Positions 62,511 to 64,000 of a stretch of DNA of 64,000 nucleotides are shown here, piece by piece (within the stretch, counting starts at the first letter, position 1; every line of letters starts with the position of its first letter). The stretch lies in the NCBI RefSeq assembly GCF_036971445.1, contig NC_091476.1, forward strand, positions 72,850,001-72,914,000. The letters are read 5' to 3'. A program made the translations under genes and the position numbers. The DNA comes from Narcine bancroftii (Eukaryota). The notes under the pieces are model-generated. The model searched no databases. It was not told where the DNA came from and was given only the letters and a program-made list of their open reading frames with translations.

Positions 62511-63382
62511 CAGTAAAAATCCCCAATATCCAGCACCTTCGGGCTTTTCCGCTTGACTGAGACTCACTGTTACACTGTGTAACTAATACATCTGCATTAA
62601 GATAAAATACAGGGCAAAATGTAATTTGAAAAAAAAAAAATCCAGATTGTAGTCTTTAATTATGTAAAGTTCACTTTAATCAAGTTCTGTAACTTAAGAA
62701 ATTTAAATTTGAACCCCAGTGGCGGGCTCCGTAACAGCGTTGTGTTAGCCACTACACTAAATGTGCTGCCATCATAATTAGCCCCCTCCCCCAAGTTTAT
62801 ATTAAGTAATACACTTAATACTAATAAAGAAATAGACTCTTACAAGGCAGGGATAGGGAGAATTGAATCTTTGGGAGAGTTGCCCCAGCGGTGAGCAGCA
62901 TCGAGCAGTTCTTCATCCTGGTGTCCCACAGTTAGGCCCTTGGCGCAACCCAACTCACGTCCACGTCAGTGCCTTGGCACACCTTCCTTTATATTTGAAC
63001 TCCAATCACTGGCGCTGTAACGTCATTGCGCTAACCATGCCGCCATCATAATTACCCCCCCCCCACCCCCAAGTTTACCAGGCAGGGATAGGGAGGCACT
63101 TGGGGAGAATCGCCCCAACGGTGAGCGACATCGGCCGGCTCTTCATCCTAGGTGCCGCCATTTTATTCAAACTCAACTTTATTGAAACAGTTGCAGTGGG
63201 CGGGGCATGACCAGGGTGCTCTGCTGGCTGAATGTTTGCTCCCGAGTGAGGTGTGTGTTGCTTCAGTGAACGTTTACTATTTTAAAATTTTGTTTATTTC
63301 TAAGATATTATGATTTTATTTCCTTTTTGCCGGTTGTTTGAGTTTCTGGTCGATTGAATGCCAGATAATGGGGATTTTACTG
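62511..63382. mobile_element. Tc1/mariner (pogo-like) MITE
   Basis: TIRs CAGTAAAAATCCCCAATATCCAGCA / TGCCAGATAATGGGGATTTTACTG, with TA on the right flank. Confidence 0.75.
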
Positions 63383-63819
63383 TACAATGTACATAATTTG
63401 ACCTGCTGAGTTTCTCCAGAATTGTGTTTCTACCTCTGAGTACTTATCTGTCAGATTTAGATTGAACTGTTTCCACTGCACTTTCATTCCATGGTGGTTC
63501 TTGCTTCTGTCCCCTCTGGTTCTCTGCCAAAATCCCCCGGAATCTGATCGTTAGCCTTCCTTGGGTGAAGGGCTCCTCCTAATTCACACTGAACTGGGGC
63601 AGCCAATCGCTGGCCTCCTTTCTCAGCCATCCCCCCTCCCCCCAAAGTATCTGATCATCGGCCTGTTTGGGATCGGTCAGGAGGCGCAATGGGCAGAAGC
63701 GCTGTCTCGTGGCGCCAGAGGTTTGATCCTGATCTCTGGCGCTGTCAGGTTGTCGCCCCTCCCCCCAACAGCTGCTCGGATTCCCTCCCACATCCCAAAG
63801 GTGTGCAGGATCTGTGGCT

Positions 63820-64000
63820 GGTGTGTGTTGGTGGGGTGGAGGTGTGTGTTGGTGGGGTGGAGGTGTGTGTTGGTGGGGTGGAGGTGTGTGTTGGTGGGGT
63901 GGAGATGTGTGTTGGTGGGGGGTGGGGTGTGTGTTGGTGGGGGGTGTGGTGTGTGTTGGTGGGGGTGGGGTGGGGGGTGTGGGTGGGGGGGTGTGCTGGA
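63820..64000. repeat. 21-bp G/T-rich minisatellite
   Basis: (ggtgtgtgttggtggggtgga)n running to the window end. Confidence 0.9.

Overview
Vertebrate genomic DNA that is GC-rich and very repeat-dense. The repeat complement (V-SINEs, CR1-like, Rex/Babar-like, Penelope-like and L1 elements) suggests a cartilaginous fish, but this is inference. Four host genes are visible. (1) An intron-containing histone H3.3 gene (+; coding exons 8224-8351, 11618-11771, 19002-19130) with a full-length L1 in its last intron. (2) A divergent two-exon SLC30A1/ZnT1-like gene (-; 35611-35164, 26306-25594) with an altered transport metal site. (3) A C22orf31/DUF4662-like gene (-; ~41890-40644). (4) The first three coding exons of UBXN1 (+; from 57928). 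The main feature is a very young 8.0-kb class I (gamma-like) endogenous retrovirus (26985-35002) in the ZnT1-like intron. It has near-identical LTRs, a tRNA-Pro PBS, an intact gag with an amber-readthrough context, and pol joined in frame to an ERV3-type env, so that gag-pol-env lie in one reading frame. Also present are a Penelope > solo LTR > L1 nest with intact TSDs, an exact 43-bp copy of an exon segment inserted into a nearby LINE fossil, several MITEs and G-rich minisatellites. All identifications are by eye; no database searches were run.
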